Source: Escherichia coli
GTDB lineage: Bacteria > Pseudomonadota > Gammaproteobacteria > Enterobacterales > Enterobacteriaceae
Strand: one strand, 5' to 3'
DNA length: 64,000 bases
Assembly: GCF_024223415.1 (NCBI RefSeq)
Contig: NZ_CP100500.1
Shown: positions 28,321-40,555 of the stretch, one piece after another
How positions within the stretch are numbered: the stretch's first letter is position 1
Layout: each line of letters starts with the position of its first letter
Notes under the pieces: generated by a model
Databases searched by the model: none
The model's input: only the letters and a program-made list of their open reading frames with translations
What the model was told of the DNA's origin: nothing
Translations under genes and position numbers: made by a program

Positions 28321-28410
28321 GAGAGAGTTCAGTAGAGTTCGGTGGAGTTCAGGATGTTCAGATTGCTTGTAACGATGTGATTATACTTGAGTTTCGTGGA
28401 GTTCGGGAGA
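28321..28410. repeat. cluster of 4-5 direct GAGTTC(A/G)G repeats between integrase and tRNA (possible arm-type recombinase-binding sites)
   Basis: GAGTTCAG, GAGTTCGG, GAGTTCAGG, GAGTTCGGG within about 90 bp. Confidence 0.4.
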
Positions 28411-28428
28411 TGAATCTGGAAGTGAAAG

Positions 28429-28504
28429 TGGTGCCCGGACTCGGAATCGAACCAAGGACACGGGGATTTTCAATCCCCTGCTCTACCGACTGAGCTATCC
28501 GGGC
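28429..28504 (-). tRNA. pheV: tRNA-Phe (anticodon GAA)
   Basis: reverse complement reads GCCCGGATAGCTCAGTCGGTAGAGCAGGGGATTGAAAATCCCCGTGTCCTTGGTTCGATTCCGAGTCCGGGCACCA, 76 nt with CCA end; flanked by yqgA-speC. Confidence 0.95.
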
Positions 28505-28609
28505 AACGGGGCGAATTAAACCTGATTCGCCTCGTCTCGTCAATCAAATTTCTTCAATTTACTGCAGACTGCACAATCTATCATCACTTTGCCGCTATTG
28601 CACGCATTG

Positions 28610-29317
28610 TCAGGCAAACCAGGCGGTCCAGGCGGCGGAAAGCGGCATTGCCAGAAGGAGTGCTGGAAGCATGTTGACCACCGGGAACATTTTAATGCCA
28701 CAGATGCGTAATCCGGTTGCCAGCAGCAATAAACCGCCTACGGCGCTGAAGTCTGCCATCATCGACGGTGTGGTCAGCGGTAATATCAGCGCGGCAGCCC
28801 ACGCCAGCGTTAACTGGATGATCAGTAATGGGATACTAATCACCGATACCGCAATACCCAGCGAGCAGGCGAAGATCATCGCCGTAAAGAAATCAAGAAA
28901 TGACTTGGCGATTAAAATACTCGGATCGCCGGTCATCCCTTCGTTCATCGCCCCGAAGATCCCGGTGCCGCTGGCGCAAAACAGGACAATAATCGCGACA
29001 TAATTCTGAATAAAAGATTCATGCGCTGGCTTCTTACGTGAGTGACGAAACAGATTTTGTGCTTTGGCGACCGCTGTATTGACGCCTTTCTCCAGCAGAC
29101 AAATTTCGCCGATTAATGCTCCGAGTAAGGTTGCTAAAACCATCGCTGGAAGGTTGGCGCATTTCACCACCAGTAAAATACCAATCCCCAGCGATGCCAG
29201 ACCAAAAATTGATGTCATGGAGACGCGGATACGTTCCGGTAAGCGTTGGCTAAGCAGTGCACCGAGCATGCCACCCAGTAATATTGCACTTGCGTTGATA
29301 AAAGGGCCGATGACCAC
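28610..29317 (-). CDS. yqgA: DUF554-family inner-membrane protein YqgA
   Basis: 235 aa polytopic membrane protein; conserved position next to pheV. Confidence 0.85.
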   Translation of the reverse strand: MVIGPFINASAILLGGMLGALLSQRLPERIRVSMTSIFGLASLGIGILLVVKCANLPAMVLATLLGALIGEICLLEKGVNTAVAKAQNLFRHSRKKPAHESFIQNYVAIIVLFCASGTGIFGAMNEGMTGDPSILIAKSFLDFFTAMIFACSLGIAVSVISIPLLIIQLTLAWAAALILPLTTPSMMADFSAVGGLLLLATGLRICGIKMFPVVNMLPALLLAMPLSAAWTAWFA

Positions 29318-29715
29318 AAGAGTTCCTGTTAACTGTATTGTTTGATTTTCTTATTATGAACTTTTTGCCTTGTTGATGGCTTGTCTGGTCGCAAAGTCCT
29401 GGCTTGCACGTCTTAGCGAAAGGTGCCATGATTGCGCGAATTTTCTCCTCTCTGTACGGAGTTTGCCCGATGCACGCCATCTCCTTACATTCTCTCGCTT
29501 ATCGCCGTTTCGCGCGAAACCCTTCTCTTTTTATGCTACTGCTCATGCGGTGAAGTTAACGCACGTTCACTGCAGGACAACAGTAAAATCAGAGCGTTTC
29601 TGCTTTTACTGATGTCTGGCGGTCGGAGCTGGTGACCAGTTTGACCCATATCTCATGGGGCAGGGTTTTACACCTTGTCCGGTATTCTTACTTCCCCGAA
29701 ACGGGTTTTGCGCTT

Positions 29716-31851
29716 ATGAAATCAATGAATATTGCCGCCAGTAGTGAACTGGTATCCCGACTTTCTACTCATCGCCGCGTGGTGGCGTTGGGAGATACTG
29801 ATTTTACGGACGTCGCGGCAGTCGTCATTACCGCTGCGGATAGTCGCAGTGGCATTCTTACGTTGCTTAAGCGCACCGGTTTTCATCTACCGGTGTTTTT
29901 GTATTCCGAACATGCTGTTGAATTACCTGCGGGCGTTACGGCGGTAATCAACGGCAACGAGCAGCATTGGCTGGAGCTGGAATCCGCAGCCTGTCAGTAT
30001 GAAGAGAATTTGCTGCCACCGTTTTATGACACGCTGACGCAGTACGTTGAGATGGGCAACAGCACCTTTGCTTGCCCTGGGCATCAACATGGTGCGTTTT
30101 TTAAAAAGCATCCTGCCGGACGCCATTTTTACGATTTCTTTGGTGAGAACGTCTTTCGCGCCGATATGTGTAACGCTGACGTAAAATTGGGCGATCTGCT
30201 TATTCATGAAGGATCGGCGAAAGATGCGCAGAAATTCGCAGCCAAAGTCTTTCATGCCGATAAAACCTATTTTGTACTGAACGGCACATCGGCAGCGAAT
30301 AAAGTGGTGACGAATGCGCTGTTAACGCGTGGCGATCTGGTGCTCTTCGACCGTAACAACCATAAGTCGAATCATCACGGCGCGCTGATTCAGGCGGGGG
30401 CGACGCCGGTCTATCTGGAAGCTTCACGCAACCCGTTTGGTTTCATTGGCGGTATTGATGCGCACTGTTTTAATGAAGAGTATCTGCGCCAGCAAATTCG
30501 CGACGTTGCGCCAGAAAAAGCCGACCTGCCGCGCCCGTTTCGCCTGGCGATTATTCAGCTGGGAACCTATGACGGCACTGTCTATAACGCCCGTCAGGTG
30601 ATCGATACCATTGGGCACCTGTGTGATTACATTCTGTTTGATTCCGCGTGGGTCGGTTACGAACAGTTTATCCCGATGATGGCGGATAGCTCGCCGCTGC
30701 TGTTAGAACTTAACGAAAACGATCCAGGGATCTTTGTGACTCAGTCGGTGCACAAACAGCAGGCGGGATTCTCACAGACGTCGCAGATCCATAAAAAAGA
30801 TAACCATATCCGCGGACAGGCGCGTTTTTGCCCGCATAAGCGATTGAATAACGCCTTTATGTTCCATGCTTCTACCAGCCCTTTCTATCCGCTGTTTGCT
30901 GCACTGGATGTTAACGCCAAAATTCATGAAGGGGAGAGTGGGCGTCGGCTGTGGGCTGAGTGCGTTGAGTTGGGTATTGAGTCGCGCAAGGCTATTCTTG
31001 CGCGCTGTAAGCTGTTCCGCCCGTTTATCCCGCCCGTTGTTGATGGCAAATTGTGGCAGGATTATCCGACATCAGTGTTAGCCAGCGACCGCCGTTTTTT
31101 CAGTTTTGAGCCGGGGGCGAAGTGGCACGGCTTTGAAGGATATGCCGCGGATCAGTATTTTGTTGATCCGTGCAAGCTGTTACTCACTACACCAGGTATC
31201 GATGCCGAAACCGGCGAATATAGCGACTTTGGCGTTCCGGCGACGATTCTGGCGCACTATCTGCGTGAGAACGGCATTGTGCCGGAGAAGTGCGATCTCA
31301 ACTCCATTCTGTTCTTATTAACTCCGGCGGAAAGCCACGAGAAGCTGGCACAACTGGTGGCGATGCTGGCGCAATTTGAACAGCATATTGAGGATGACTC
31401 GCCGCTGGCTGAGGTGTTGCCGAGCGTTTATAACAAATATCCGGTGCGCTATCGCGACTACACCCTGCGCCAGTTGTGTCAGGAGATGCACGATCTGTAT
31501 GTCAGTTTCGACGTCAAAGACCTACAAAAAGCGATGTTCCGCCAGCAGAGTTTCCCGTCAGTGGTGATGAACCCCCAGGATGCGCATAGCGCTTATATTC
31601 GCGGTGACGTGGAGTTGGTGCGGATTCGTGATGCCGAAGGGCGAATTGCGGCAGAAGGGGCGTTGCCTTATCCACCTGGCGTGCTTTGCGTGGTACCCGG
31701 GGAAGTCTGGGGTGGGGCGGTTCAACGTTATTTCCTTGCACTGGAAGAAGGGGTGAATTTGTTGCCGGGATTTTCGCCGGAGCTGCAAGGTGTTTATAGC
31801 GAAACCGATGCGGATGGCATGAAACGGTTGTACGGTTATGTGTTGAAGTAA
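29716..31851 (+). CDS. speC: ornithine decarboxylase (constitutive)
   Basis: 711 aa from MKSMNIAASS; fold-type I PLP decarboxylase. Confidence 0.95.
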   Translation: MKSMNIAASSELVSRLSTHRRVVALGDTDFTDVAAVVITAADSRSGILTLLKRTGFHLPVFLYSEHAVELPAGVTAVINGNEQHWLELESAACQYEENLLPPFYDTLTQYVEMGNSTFACPGHQHGAFFKKHPAGRHFYDFFGENVFRADMCNADVKLGDLLIHEGSAKDAQKFAAKVFHADKTYFVLNGTSAANKVVTNALLTRGDLVLFDRNNHKSNHHGALIQAGATPVYLEASRNPFGFIGGIDAHCFNEEYLRQQIRDVAPEKADLPRPFRLAIIQLGTYDGTVYNARQVIDTIGHLCDYILFDSAWVGYEQFIPMMADSSPLLLELNENDPGIFVTQSVHKQQAGFSQTSQIHKKDNHIRGQARFCPHKRLNNAFMFHASTSPFYPLFAALDVNAKIHEGESGRRLWAECVELGIESRKAILARCKLFRPFIPPVVDGKLWQDYPTSVLASDRRFFSFEPGAKWHGFEGYAADQYFVDPCKLLLTTPGIDAETGEYSDFGVPATILAHYLRENGIVPEKCDLNSILFLLTPAESHEKLAQLVAMLAQFEQHIEDDSPLAEVLPSVYNKYPVRYRDYTLRQLCQEMHDLYVSFDVKDLQKAMFRQQSFPSVVMNPQDAHSAYIRGDVELVRIRDAEGRIAAEGALPYPPGVLCVVPGEVWGGAVQRYFLALEEGVNLLPGFSPELQGVYSETDADGMKRLYGYVLK

Positions 31852-31861
31852 GAATAAAAAA

Positions 31862-31890
31862 AACGGGTCGCCTTCTGGCGACCCGTTTTT
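31862..31890. terminator. bidirectional rho-independent terminator between speC and nupG
   Basis: AACGGGTCGCC-TTCT-GGCGACCCGTT hairpin flanked by A-run and T-run. Confidence 0.6.
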
Positions 31891-31900
31891 CTTTGCGTAA

Positions 31901-33157
31901 TTAGTGGCTAACCGTCTGTGTACCTGTCGGGACACGAACGTGTTTATATTTGAACATCGCCATGAACGCGAAGGCCAGAACCACGGAGTAACCAGCGAAA
32001 ATCAACCATACGGTCTGCCAGTCGGTAATGCCGTTTTGGGTGTACATCTCAACAACTTTACCGCTCACGATGCCGCCGAGGATACAGCCGAAGCCGTTAG
32101 TCATCATCAGGAACATCCCTTGTGCACTGGCGCGAATTGCCGGGCTAACTTCTTTTTCGACAAACACCGAACCAGAGATGTTGAAGAAGTCGAATGCGCA
32201 ACCGTAAACGATCATCGACAGAACCAGCAGTACGGTGCCGAACGGAGTCGGGTCGCCGTAAGCAAACAGCGCAAAACGCAGGATCCACGCCACAATACTG
32301 ATCATCATTACGTTCTTAATACCGTAGCGGCTTAAGAAGAACGGGATGGTCAGAATGAACAGGGTTTCAGAGATCTGCGAAATCGACATGATGATTGACG
32401 CATGCTGCACAATAAAGCTGCTGGCAAACATCGGATCTTTGTCGAAGCTGTGCAGGAAGGTATTACCGAACATGTTGGTAATCTGCAGTTCCGCGCCCAG
32501 CAGCATTGAGAAGATGAAGAAGATTGCCATACGCTTGTTTTTAAACAGCGCGAATGCATCGAGGCCCAGCAGGGTTGTCCAGCTCTGATTCGCTTGCTGT
32601 TTAGCAACCGGAATATGCGGCAGAGTCAGGGTAAACAGAACCAGAATGGCGGAAAGTGCTGCGCCAATATACAGCTGCATGTGGCTTAATTCGAAGCCAG
32701 ACAGGCTCACCACCCACATTGCCATGATAAAGCCGATGGTGCCCCAGATACGGATTGGCGGGAAGTCAGTAACGATATCCATCCCGGCATTTTGCAGGCG
32801 ATAGTAAGAGATGGTGTTGATTAACCCAAGCGTTGGCATATAAGCAAACGAGTTAATCAATATCACAAGGAACATCGCTTCCGGCGTCGTGACCTGTGCC
32901 GCCATGAACAGCGTGATAGCGCCAATGGTGTGGCAAATGGCATATACCCATTTCGCACTTAACCATTTGTCGGCCACAATCCCCAGCAGCGCAGGCATAA
33001 AGACCGCGGCGATACCCAGTGAACTATAAACTGCGCCAATAGAAGCACCGTCAAACTTCAGGGTAACAAACATATAGGAGCCGAGGGTCGTCAGCCAACT
33101 TCCCCACAGACAGAACTGCAGAAAAGAGAGGATTTTCAGCTGCAGCTTAAGATTCAT
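31901..33157 (-). CDS. nupG: nucleoside:H+ symporter
   Basis: 418 aa MFS transporter from MNLKLQLKILSFLQF. Confidence 0.95.
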   Translation of the reverse strand: MNLKLQLKILSFLQFCLWGSWLTTLGSYMFVTLKFDGASIGAVYSSLGIAAVFMPALLGIVADKWLSAKWVYAICHTIGAITLFMAAQVTTPEAMFLVILINSFAYMPTLGLINTISYYRLQNAGMDIVTDFPPIRIWGTIGFIMAMWVVSLSGFELSHMQLYIGAALSAILVLFTLTLPHIPVAKQQANQSWTTLLGLDAFALFKNKRMAIFFIFSMLLGAELQITNMFGNTFLHSFDKDPMFASSFIVQHASIIMSISQISETLFILTIPFFLSRYGIKNVMMISIVAWILRFALFAYGDPTPFGTVLLVLSMIVYGCAFDFFNISGSVFVEKEVSPAIRASAQGMFLMMTNGFGCILGGIVSGKVVEMYTQNGITDWQTVWLIFAGYSVVLAFAFMAMFKYKHVRVPTGTQTVSH

Positions 33158-33358
33158 GTTAATTTCCTCACATCGTGATGCGGATGAGTGTTTGAAAAAG
33201 CACATTTGACCGTGCGAGATGATGGGATTCTATCAACTTCGCGGACTGGTTTTTTGTTACCTGTGGCAAATAATTGCAAACATTCCTAATTTGCAAAACG
33301 AAATTGTGATATGGATAACATTTTTGCCCCTGAGCATCGTCAGGGGCGGTTAGTGGAA

Positions 33359-34465
<1,107 letters not shown>

Positions 34466-34502
34466 TTATGCAAGCTGCCGGAGGCGTGCTCCGGCACTGT
34501 TT

Positions 34503-34781
<279 letters not shown>

Positions 34782-34805
34782 TCATCCTCTTTATCGACTC
34801 ACGCG

Positions 34806-35858
34806 CTAAACCGGCGCGCCAGTGCGTAACTGCTGTAACAAACGCTCCACGGGAGCCGCCAGGCCAACTGACGGCGGTTGCGCTAAGTTATACCAGAGCG
34901 CATTGCCTTCATCCATGCAGCCGGTGAATGACGACACGGGAAGCCACATAGGCACAATATCTAAGTGGAAATGGCTGAAGGTATGCCGAAACGCGGTCAG
35001 CTGCGTCAGGTTATCGGCAGCAATCTGCCGTTGCGCCAGCCACTGCCGCAAACTTTCTTCGTCGGCAAACTGCGGGAAACAGTATAAACCGCCCCACAAT
35101 CCGCTCGGCGGACGCTGCGCCAGCAATACTTCATCTTCGTGCTGTAACAGGAGAAAGTAGCCGGTGCGCTCCGGCAGCGTCTGTTTCGGTTTTTTGCCCG
35201 GATAAAGCGACCAGCTATTGTTGGTGGCGGCAATACATCCGTTTTGTAGCGGACAGAGCGAACATTTCGGCTTCGAACGCGTGCAAATCATCGCGCCCAA
35301 ATCCATCATCGCCTGATTAAACCGTTCCACGCCGACCGCGGGCGTCACCTGCTCGCTTAAACTCCATAATTTATTCTCGACCTCTTTTTTCCCAGGCCAG
35401 CCGCTTACAGCATAGCAGCGCGCCAGCACCCGTTTGACGTTACCGTCGAGAATCGGAAAGTGCTTACCCAGAGAAAGCGAGAGAATCGCGCCTGCGGTGG
35501 AACGCCCGACGCCCGGCAGTGCTGCAACTTCCTCAAAGGTTTCCGGGAATATACCGCCGTGTAAGGTCGCCACTTGTTGTGCCGCTTTATGCAGATTGCG
35601 CGCGCGGGCGTAATAGCCAAGCCCGGTCCACAAGTGGAGAACTTCGTCGAGCGGCGCATTGGCGAGATCGGTCACCGTCGGGAAGCGCGCCATAAAGCGT
35701 TCAAAATAGGGGATAACGGTCGCAACCTGAGTTTGTTGCAACATCACTTCTGAGAGCCATACTTTGTAGGGCGTCTTGTCAATTTGCCAGGGCAGAGTTT
35801 TTCGCCCGTATTTATCGTACCAGTCCAGAACCTGGGCTGAAAATTGCGACGCTTGCAT
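34806..35858 (-). CDS. mutY: adenine DNA glycosylase
   Basis: 350 aa from [14 protein letters not shown]; HhH-GPD and C-x6-C-x2-C-x5-C cluster. Confidence 0.95.
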   Translation of the reverse strand: MQASQFSAQVLDWYDKYGRKTLPWQIDKTPYKVWLSEVMLQQTQVATVIPYFERFMARFPTVTDLANAPLDEVLHLWTGLGYYARARNLHKAAQQVATLHGGIFPETFEEVAALPGVGRSTAGAILSLSLGKHFPILDGNVKRVLARCYAVSGWPGKKEVENKLWSLSEQVTPAVGVERFNQAMMDLGAMICTRSKPKCSLCPLQNGCIAATNNSWSLYPGKKPKQTLPERTGYFLLLQHEDEVLLAQRPPSGLWGGLYCFPQFADEESLRQWLAQRQIAADNLTQLTAFRHTFSHFHLDIVPMWLPVSSFTGCMDEGNALWYNLAQPPSVGLAAPVERLLQQLRTGAPV

Positions 35859-36018
35859 GGTCACCGAATTCACTGTTGTTGGGGGCAAGATTGCAGCACA
35901 GCGACGGCAGGGTGTAAACCGGAACTTTCCGCAGCCACGGCCTTATCATGCTTGCATCCGGCAACTAACTTTGGATAATGCCCGTTTTCAGAACACTTTC
36001 ACAAGCGACTAAATCTTT

Positions 36019-36738
36019 ATGAAAAACGACGTCATTTCACCGGAATTTGATGAAAACGGCCGCCCACTGCGCCGTATCCGTAGTTTTGTGCGCCGCCAGG
36101 GGCGACTGACCAAAGGCCAGGAACATGCGCTGGAAAACTACTGGCCGGTGATGGGCGTTGAGTTCAGCGAAGATATGCTGGATTTCCCCGCGCTTTTTGG
36201 CCGTGAAGCGCCGGTGACGCTTGAGATTGGTTTTGGCATGGGGGCGTCGCTGGTGGCAATGGCTAAAGATCGCCCCGAGCAGGACTTCCTCGGCATTGAA
36301 GTGCATTCACCGGGCGTTGGTGCGTGCCTGGCTTCTGCGCATGAAGAGGGCTTAAGCAACCTGCGCGTGATGTGTCACGATGCGGTTGAAGTGCTGCATA
36401 AAATGATTCCTGACAATTCATTGCGCATGGTGCAGCTCTTTTTCCCTGACCCGTGGCACAAAGCGCGCCATAATAAACGCCGTATCGTTCAGGTGCCGTT
36501 TGCCGAACTGGTAAAAAGCAAACTGCAGCTGGGGGGCGTATTCCATATGGCGACCGACTGGGAACCTTATGCGGAACATATGCTTGAAGTGATGTCTTCT
36601 ATTGACGGTTATAAAAACCTGTCAGAGAGCAATGATTACGTACCGCGTCCGGCATCACGTCCGGTGACGAAATTTGAACAACGTGGTCATCGTCTTGGTC
36701 ACGGAGTATGGGACTTAATGTTCGAGAGGGTGAAATAA
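36019..36738 (+). CDS. trmB: tRNA (guanine46-N7)-methyltransferase
   Basis: 239 aa; SAM MTase. Confidence 0.9.
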   Translation: MKNDVISPEFDENGRPLRRIRSFVRRQGRLTKGQEHALENYWPVMGVEFSEDMLDFPALFGREAPVTLEIGFGMGASLVAMAKDRPEQDFLGIEVHSPGVGACLASAHEEGLSNLRVMCHDAVEVLHKMIPDNSLRMVQLFFPDPWHKARHNKRRIVQVPFAELVKSKLQLGGVFHMATDWEPYAEHMLEVMSSIDGYKNLSESNDYVPRPASRPVTKFEQRGHRLGHGVWDLMFERVK

Positions 36739-37064
36739 TGGCAAAGAACCGTAGCCGTCGTCTGCGTAAAAAAATGCACATCGACGAATTCCAGGAATTA
36801 GGATTTTCGGTGGCATGGCGATTCCCGGAAGGTACATCGGAAGAACAGATTGATAAAACCGTTGATGATTTTATTAACGAGGTTATCGAACCGAACAAAC
36901 TGGCCTTTGACGGCAGCGGTTATCTGGCCTGGGAAGGTCTGATCTGCATGCAGGAAATCGGCAAATGCACTGAAGAACATCAGGCGATTGTGCGTAAGTG
37001 GCTGGAAGAGCGCAAACTGGATGAGGTACGCACCAGCGAACTTTTCGACGTTTGGTGGGACTAA
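36738..37064 (+). CDS. yggL: DUF469 protein YggL
   Basis: 108 aa from [12 protein letters not shown]; ATG overlaps trmB stop (TAATG). Confidence 0.8.
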   Translation: MAKNRSRRLRKKMHIDEFQELGFSVAWRFPEGTSEEQIDKTVDDFINEVIEPNKLAFDGSGYLAWEGLICMQEIGKCTEEHQAIVRKWLEERKLDEVRTSELFDVWWD

Positions 37065-37247
37065 GAAAGCATACGGGCGATGACAAATGCAAAACTGCCT
37101 GATGCGCTACGCTTATCATGCCTACAAAGATGCACGATCGAGTAGGCGGGATAAGGCGTTTACGCCGCATCCGGCATGGAAAACGCGTACTTTGTTATCA
37201 ATCTGGGGCCAGCAAATGCTGGCCTGATTTGTTCTTGAGGGAAGACT

Positions 37248-37967
37248 ATGATGCGCAAAATGCTGCTGGCGGCAGCACTTTCAGTGACGGCAATGACCGC
37301 TCACGCCGACTACCAGTGCAGCGTCACGCCGCGTGACGATGTGATTGTCAGCCCGCAAACCGTGCAGGTGAAGGGCGAAAACGGCAATCTGGTGATCACG
37401 CCAGACGGCAACGTGATGTATAACGGTAAGCAATATTCCCTGAATGCCGCCCAGCGCGAGCAGGCGAAGGATTATCAGGCTGAACTACGTAGCACGCTGC
37501 CGTGGATTGATGAAGGCGCGAAAAGCCGCGTCGAGAAAGCCCGTATTGCTCTGGATAAAATTATCGTTCAGGAGATGGGCGAAAGCAGCAAAATGCGCAG
37601 CCGTCTGACCAAACTTGATGCGCAGCTGAAAGAGCAGATGAACCGCATTATCGAAACGCGCAGCGATGGCCTGACGTTCCACTATAAAGCCATTGATCAG
37701 GTTCGCGCTGAAGGCCAGCAATTAGTGAATCAGGCAATGGGCGGAATTTTACAGGACAGCATTAATGAAATGGGCGCGAAAGCGGTGCTGAAAAGCGGCG
37801 GTAACCCATTACAGAATGTGCTGGGAAGCCTGGGGGGGCTGCAATCCTCAATCCAAACCGAGTGGAAAAAGCAGGAAAAAGATTTCCAGCAGTTTGGCAA
37901 AGATGTTTGTAGCCGCGTTGTGACTCTGGAAGATAGCCGCAAAGCCCTGGTCGGGAATTTAAAATAA
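37248..37967 (+). CDS. yggN: DUF2884 periplasmic protein YggN
   Basis: 239 aa with signal peptide. Confidence 0.8.
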   Translation: MMRKMLLAAALSVTAMTAHADYQCSVTPRDDVIVSPQTVQVKGENGNLVITPDGNVMYNGKQYSLNAAQREQAKDYQAELRSTLPWIDEGAKSRVEKARIALDKIIVQEMGESSKMRSRLTKLDAQLKEQMNRIIETRSDGLTFHYKAIDQVRAEGQQLVNQAMGGILQDSINEMGAKAVLKSGGNPLQNVLGSLGGLQSSIQTEWKKQEKDFQQFGKDVCSRVVTLEDSRKALVGNLK

Positions 37968-38142
37968 TCCTCTATTTTAAGACGGCATAATACTTTTTTA
38001 TGCCGTTTAATTCTTCGTTTTGTTACCTGCCTCTAACTTTGTAGATCTCCAAAATATATTCACGTTGTAAATTGTTTAACGTCAAATTTCCCATACAGAG
38101 CTAAGGGATAATGCGTAGCGTTCACGTAACTGGAGGAATGAA

Positions 38143-39189
38143 ATGGAGTTTTTCAAAAAGACGGCACTTGCCGCACTGGTTATGGGTTTTAGTGGTGCAG
38201 CATTGGCATTACCCAATATCACCATTTTAGCAACCGGCGGGACCATTGCCGGTGGTGGTGACTCCGCAACCAAATCTAACTACACAGCGGGTAAAGTTGG
38301 CGTAGAAAATCTGGTTAATGCGGTGCCGCAACTGAAGGACATTGCGAACGTTAAAGGCGAGCAGGTAGTGAATATCGGCTCCCAGGACATGAACGATGAT
38401 GTCTGGCTGACACTGGCGAAAAAAATTAACACCGACTGCGATAAAACCGACGGCTTCGTCATTACTCACGGTACCGACACGATGGAAGAAACCGCTTACT
38501 TCCTCGACCTGACGGTGAAATGCGACAAACCGGTGGTGATGGTCGGCGCAATGCGTCCGTCCACGTCTATGAGCGCAGACGGTCCATTCAACCTGTATAA
38601 CGCGGTAGTGACTGCAGCTGATAAAGCCTCCGCTAATCGTGGCGTGCTGGTGGTGATGAACGACACCGTACTGGACGGTCGCGATGTCACCAAAACCAAC
38701 ACCACCGACGTAGCGACCTTCAAGTCTGTTAACTACGGTCCTCTGGGTTACATTCACAACGGTAAGATTGACTACCAACGTACCCCGGCACGTAAGCACA
38801 CCAGCGACACGCCGTTCGATGTCTCTAAGCTGAATGAACTGCCGAAAGTCGGCATTGTTTATAACTACGCTAACGCATCCGATCTTCCGGCTAAAGCACT
38901 GGTAGATGCGGGCTATGATGGCATCGTTAGCGCTGGTGTGGGTAACGGCAACCTGTATAAAACCGTATTTGACACTCTGGCGACCGCCGCGAAAAACGGC
39001 ACTGCAGTAGTGCGTTCTTCCCGCGTACCGACGGGCGCTACCACTCAGGATGCCGAAGTGGATGATGCGAAATACGGCTTCGTCGCCTCTGGCACGCTGA
39101 ACCCGCAAAAAGCGCGCGTTCTGCTGCAACTGGCTCTGACGCAAACCAAAGATCCGCAGCAGATCCAGCAGATCTTCAATCAGTACTAA
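38143..39189 (+). CDS. ansB: periplasmic L-asparaginase 2
   Basis: 348 aa; signal peptide; TGGTIAG active-site motif. Confidence 0.95.
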   Translation: MEFFKKTALAALVMGFSGAALALPNITILATGGTIAGGGDSATKSNYTAGKVGVENLVNAVPQLKDIANVKGEQVVNIGSQDMNDDVWLTLAKKINTDCDKTDGFVITHGTDTMEETAYFLDLTVKCDKPVVMVGAMRPSTSMSADGPFNLYNAVVTAADKASANRGVLVVMNDTVLDGRDVTKTNTTDVATFKSVNYGPLGYIHNGKIDYQRTPARKHTSDTPFDVSKLNELPKVGIVYNYANASDLPAKALVDAGYDGIVSAGVGNGNLYKTVFDTLATAAKNGTAVVRSSRVPTGATTQDAEVDDAKYGFVASGTLNPQKARVLLQLALTQTKDPQQIQQIFNQY

Positions 39190-39196
39190 TCACCTC

Positions 39197-39222
39197 GCCC
39201 CGGTATCGTGCCGGGGCTTTTT
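39197..39222 (+). terminator. rho-independent terminator after ansB
   Basis: GCCCCGG-TATCGTG-CCGGGGC hairpin followed by TTTTT. Confidence 0.6.
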
Positions 39223-39305
39223 CACTTCAGACTTACGTCCATTGCCAATTTTTATTACCATGATGATAATCACTGGAATAAATTATTCCGCGCGAGGGTT
39301 TTCGG

Positions 39306-40313
39306 GTGAAAAAGCAATGGATTGTTGGCACGGCGCTGCTTATGTTGATGACTGGTAATGTCTGGGCAGATGGCGAACCGCCAACTGAAAATATCTTAAA
39401 AGATCAATTCAAAAAGCAGTATCACGGCATTCTCAAGCTTGATGCTATCACCTTAAAAAATCTTGATGCTAAGGGTAATCAGGCCACCTGGTCAGCGGAA
39501 GGCGATGTCTCTTCCAATGACGATCTCTATACCTGGGTCGGTCAGTTGGCAGATTACGAACTGCTCGAACAGACCTGGACGAAAGATAAAGCGGTAAAAT
39601 TCTCGGCGATGTTAACCAGTAAAGGAACGCCCGCGTCTGGCTGGTCGGTGAACTTTTACTCTTTTCAGGCGGCAGCCAGCGATCGTGGGCGGGTGGTCGA
39701 CGATATCAAAACGAATAATAAATATCTGATCGTGAATAGCGAAGATTTCAATTATCGCTTTAGTCAGCTTGAATCTGCGTTGAATACCCAGAAGAACTCG
39801 ATTCCTGCGCTGGAAAAGGAAGTGAAAGCGCTTGATAAGCAAATGGTGGCGGCGCAGAAAGCAGCGGATGCATATTGGGGAAAAGATGCAAACGGTAAGC
39901 AAATGACCCGCGAAGACGCCTTTAAAAAAATTCACCAACAGCGTGATGAGTTTAATAAACAGAACGATAGCGAGGCGTTCGCGGTTAAATATGACAAAGA
40001 GGTTTATCAACCGGCGATTGCGGCATGTCATAAACAGAGTGAAGAGTGTTATGAAGTGCCGATTCAGCAGAAACGAGATTTCGATATCAACGAACAACGG
40101 CGACAGACTTTTCTGCAATCACAAAAACTTAGCCGTAAATTGCAGGATGACTGGATAACGCTCGAAAAAGGGCAATATCCGCTAACGATGAAAGTTTCAG
40201 AAATAAACAGTAAAAAAGTCGCGATTTTGATGAAAATTGACGATATCAACCAGGCTAATGAACGCTGGAAAAAAGATACCGAACAACTGCGGCGCAATGG
40301 GGTGATTAAGTAA
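39306..40313 (+). CDS. yggM: DUF1202 protein YggM
   Basis: 335 aa with signal peptide. Confidence 0.8.
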   Translation: MKKQWIVGTALLMLMTGNVWADGEPPTENILKDQFKKQYHGILKLDAITLKNLDAKGNQATWSAEGDVSSNDDLYTWVGQLADYELLEQTWTKDKAVKFSAMLTSKGTPASGWSVNFYSFQAAASDRGRVVDDIKTNNKYLIVNSEDFNYRFSQLESALNTQKNSIPALEKEVKALDKQMVAAQKAADAYWGKDANGKQMTREDAFKKIHQQRDEFNKQNDSEAFAVKYDKEVYQPAIAACHKQSEECYEVPIQQKRDFDINEQRRQTFLQSQKLSRKLQDDWITLEKGQYPLTMKVSEINSKKVAILMKIDDINQANERWKKDTEQLRRNGVIK

Positions 40314-40329
40314 GTTTTGATATAGCGCA

Positions 40330-40550
40330 CGATTTGTAGCAGGATGCGGCGTTGACCCCGCATCCGGCAATCAACGTCTGATGCGACGCTAGCGCGTCTT
40401 ATCAGACCTACAACAGCTGCCACATGTCGGCTGAGGTGCTCACGCCGCATCCGGCAATCAACGTCTGATGCGACGCTTGCGCGTCTTATCAGACCTACAA
40501 CCGTTGCCACATGTAGGCTGGATAAGGCGTTCACGCCGCATCCGGCAATA
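40330..40550. repeat. REP/palindromic-unit cluster with a tandemly duplicated ~80-bp unit
   Basis: unit CGCATCCGGCAATCAACGTCTGATGCGACGCT.GCGCGTCTTATCAGACCTACAAC...TGCCACATGT.GGCTG occurs twice back to back. Confidence 0.8.
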
Positions 40551-40555
40551 CAAGT

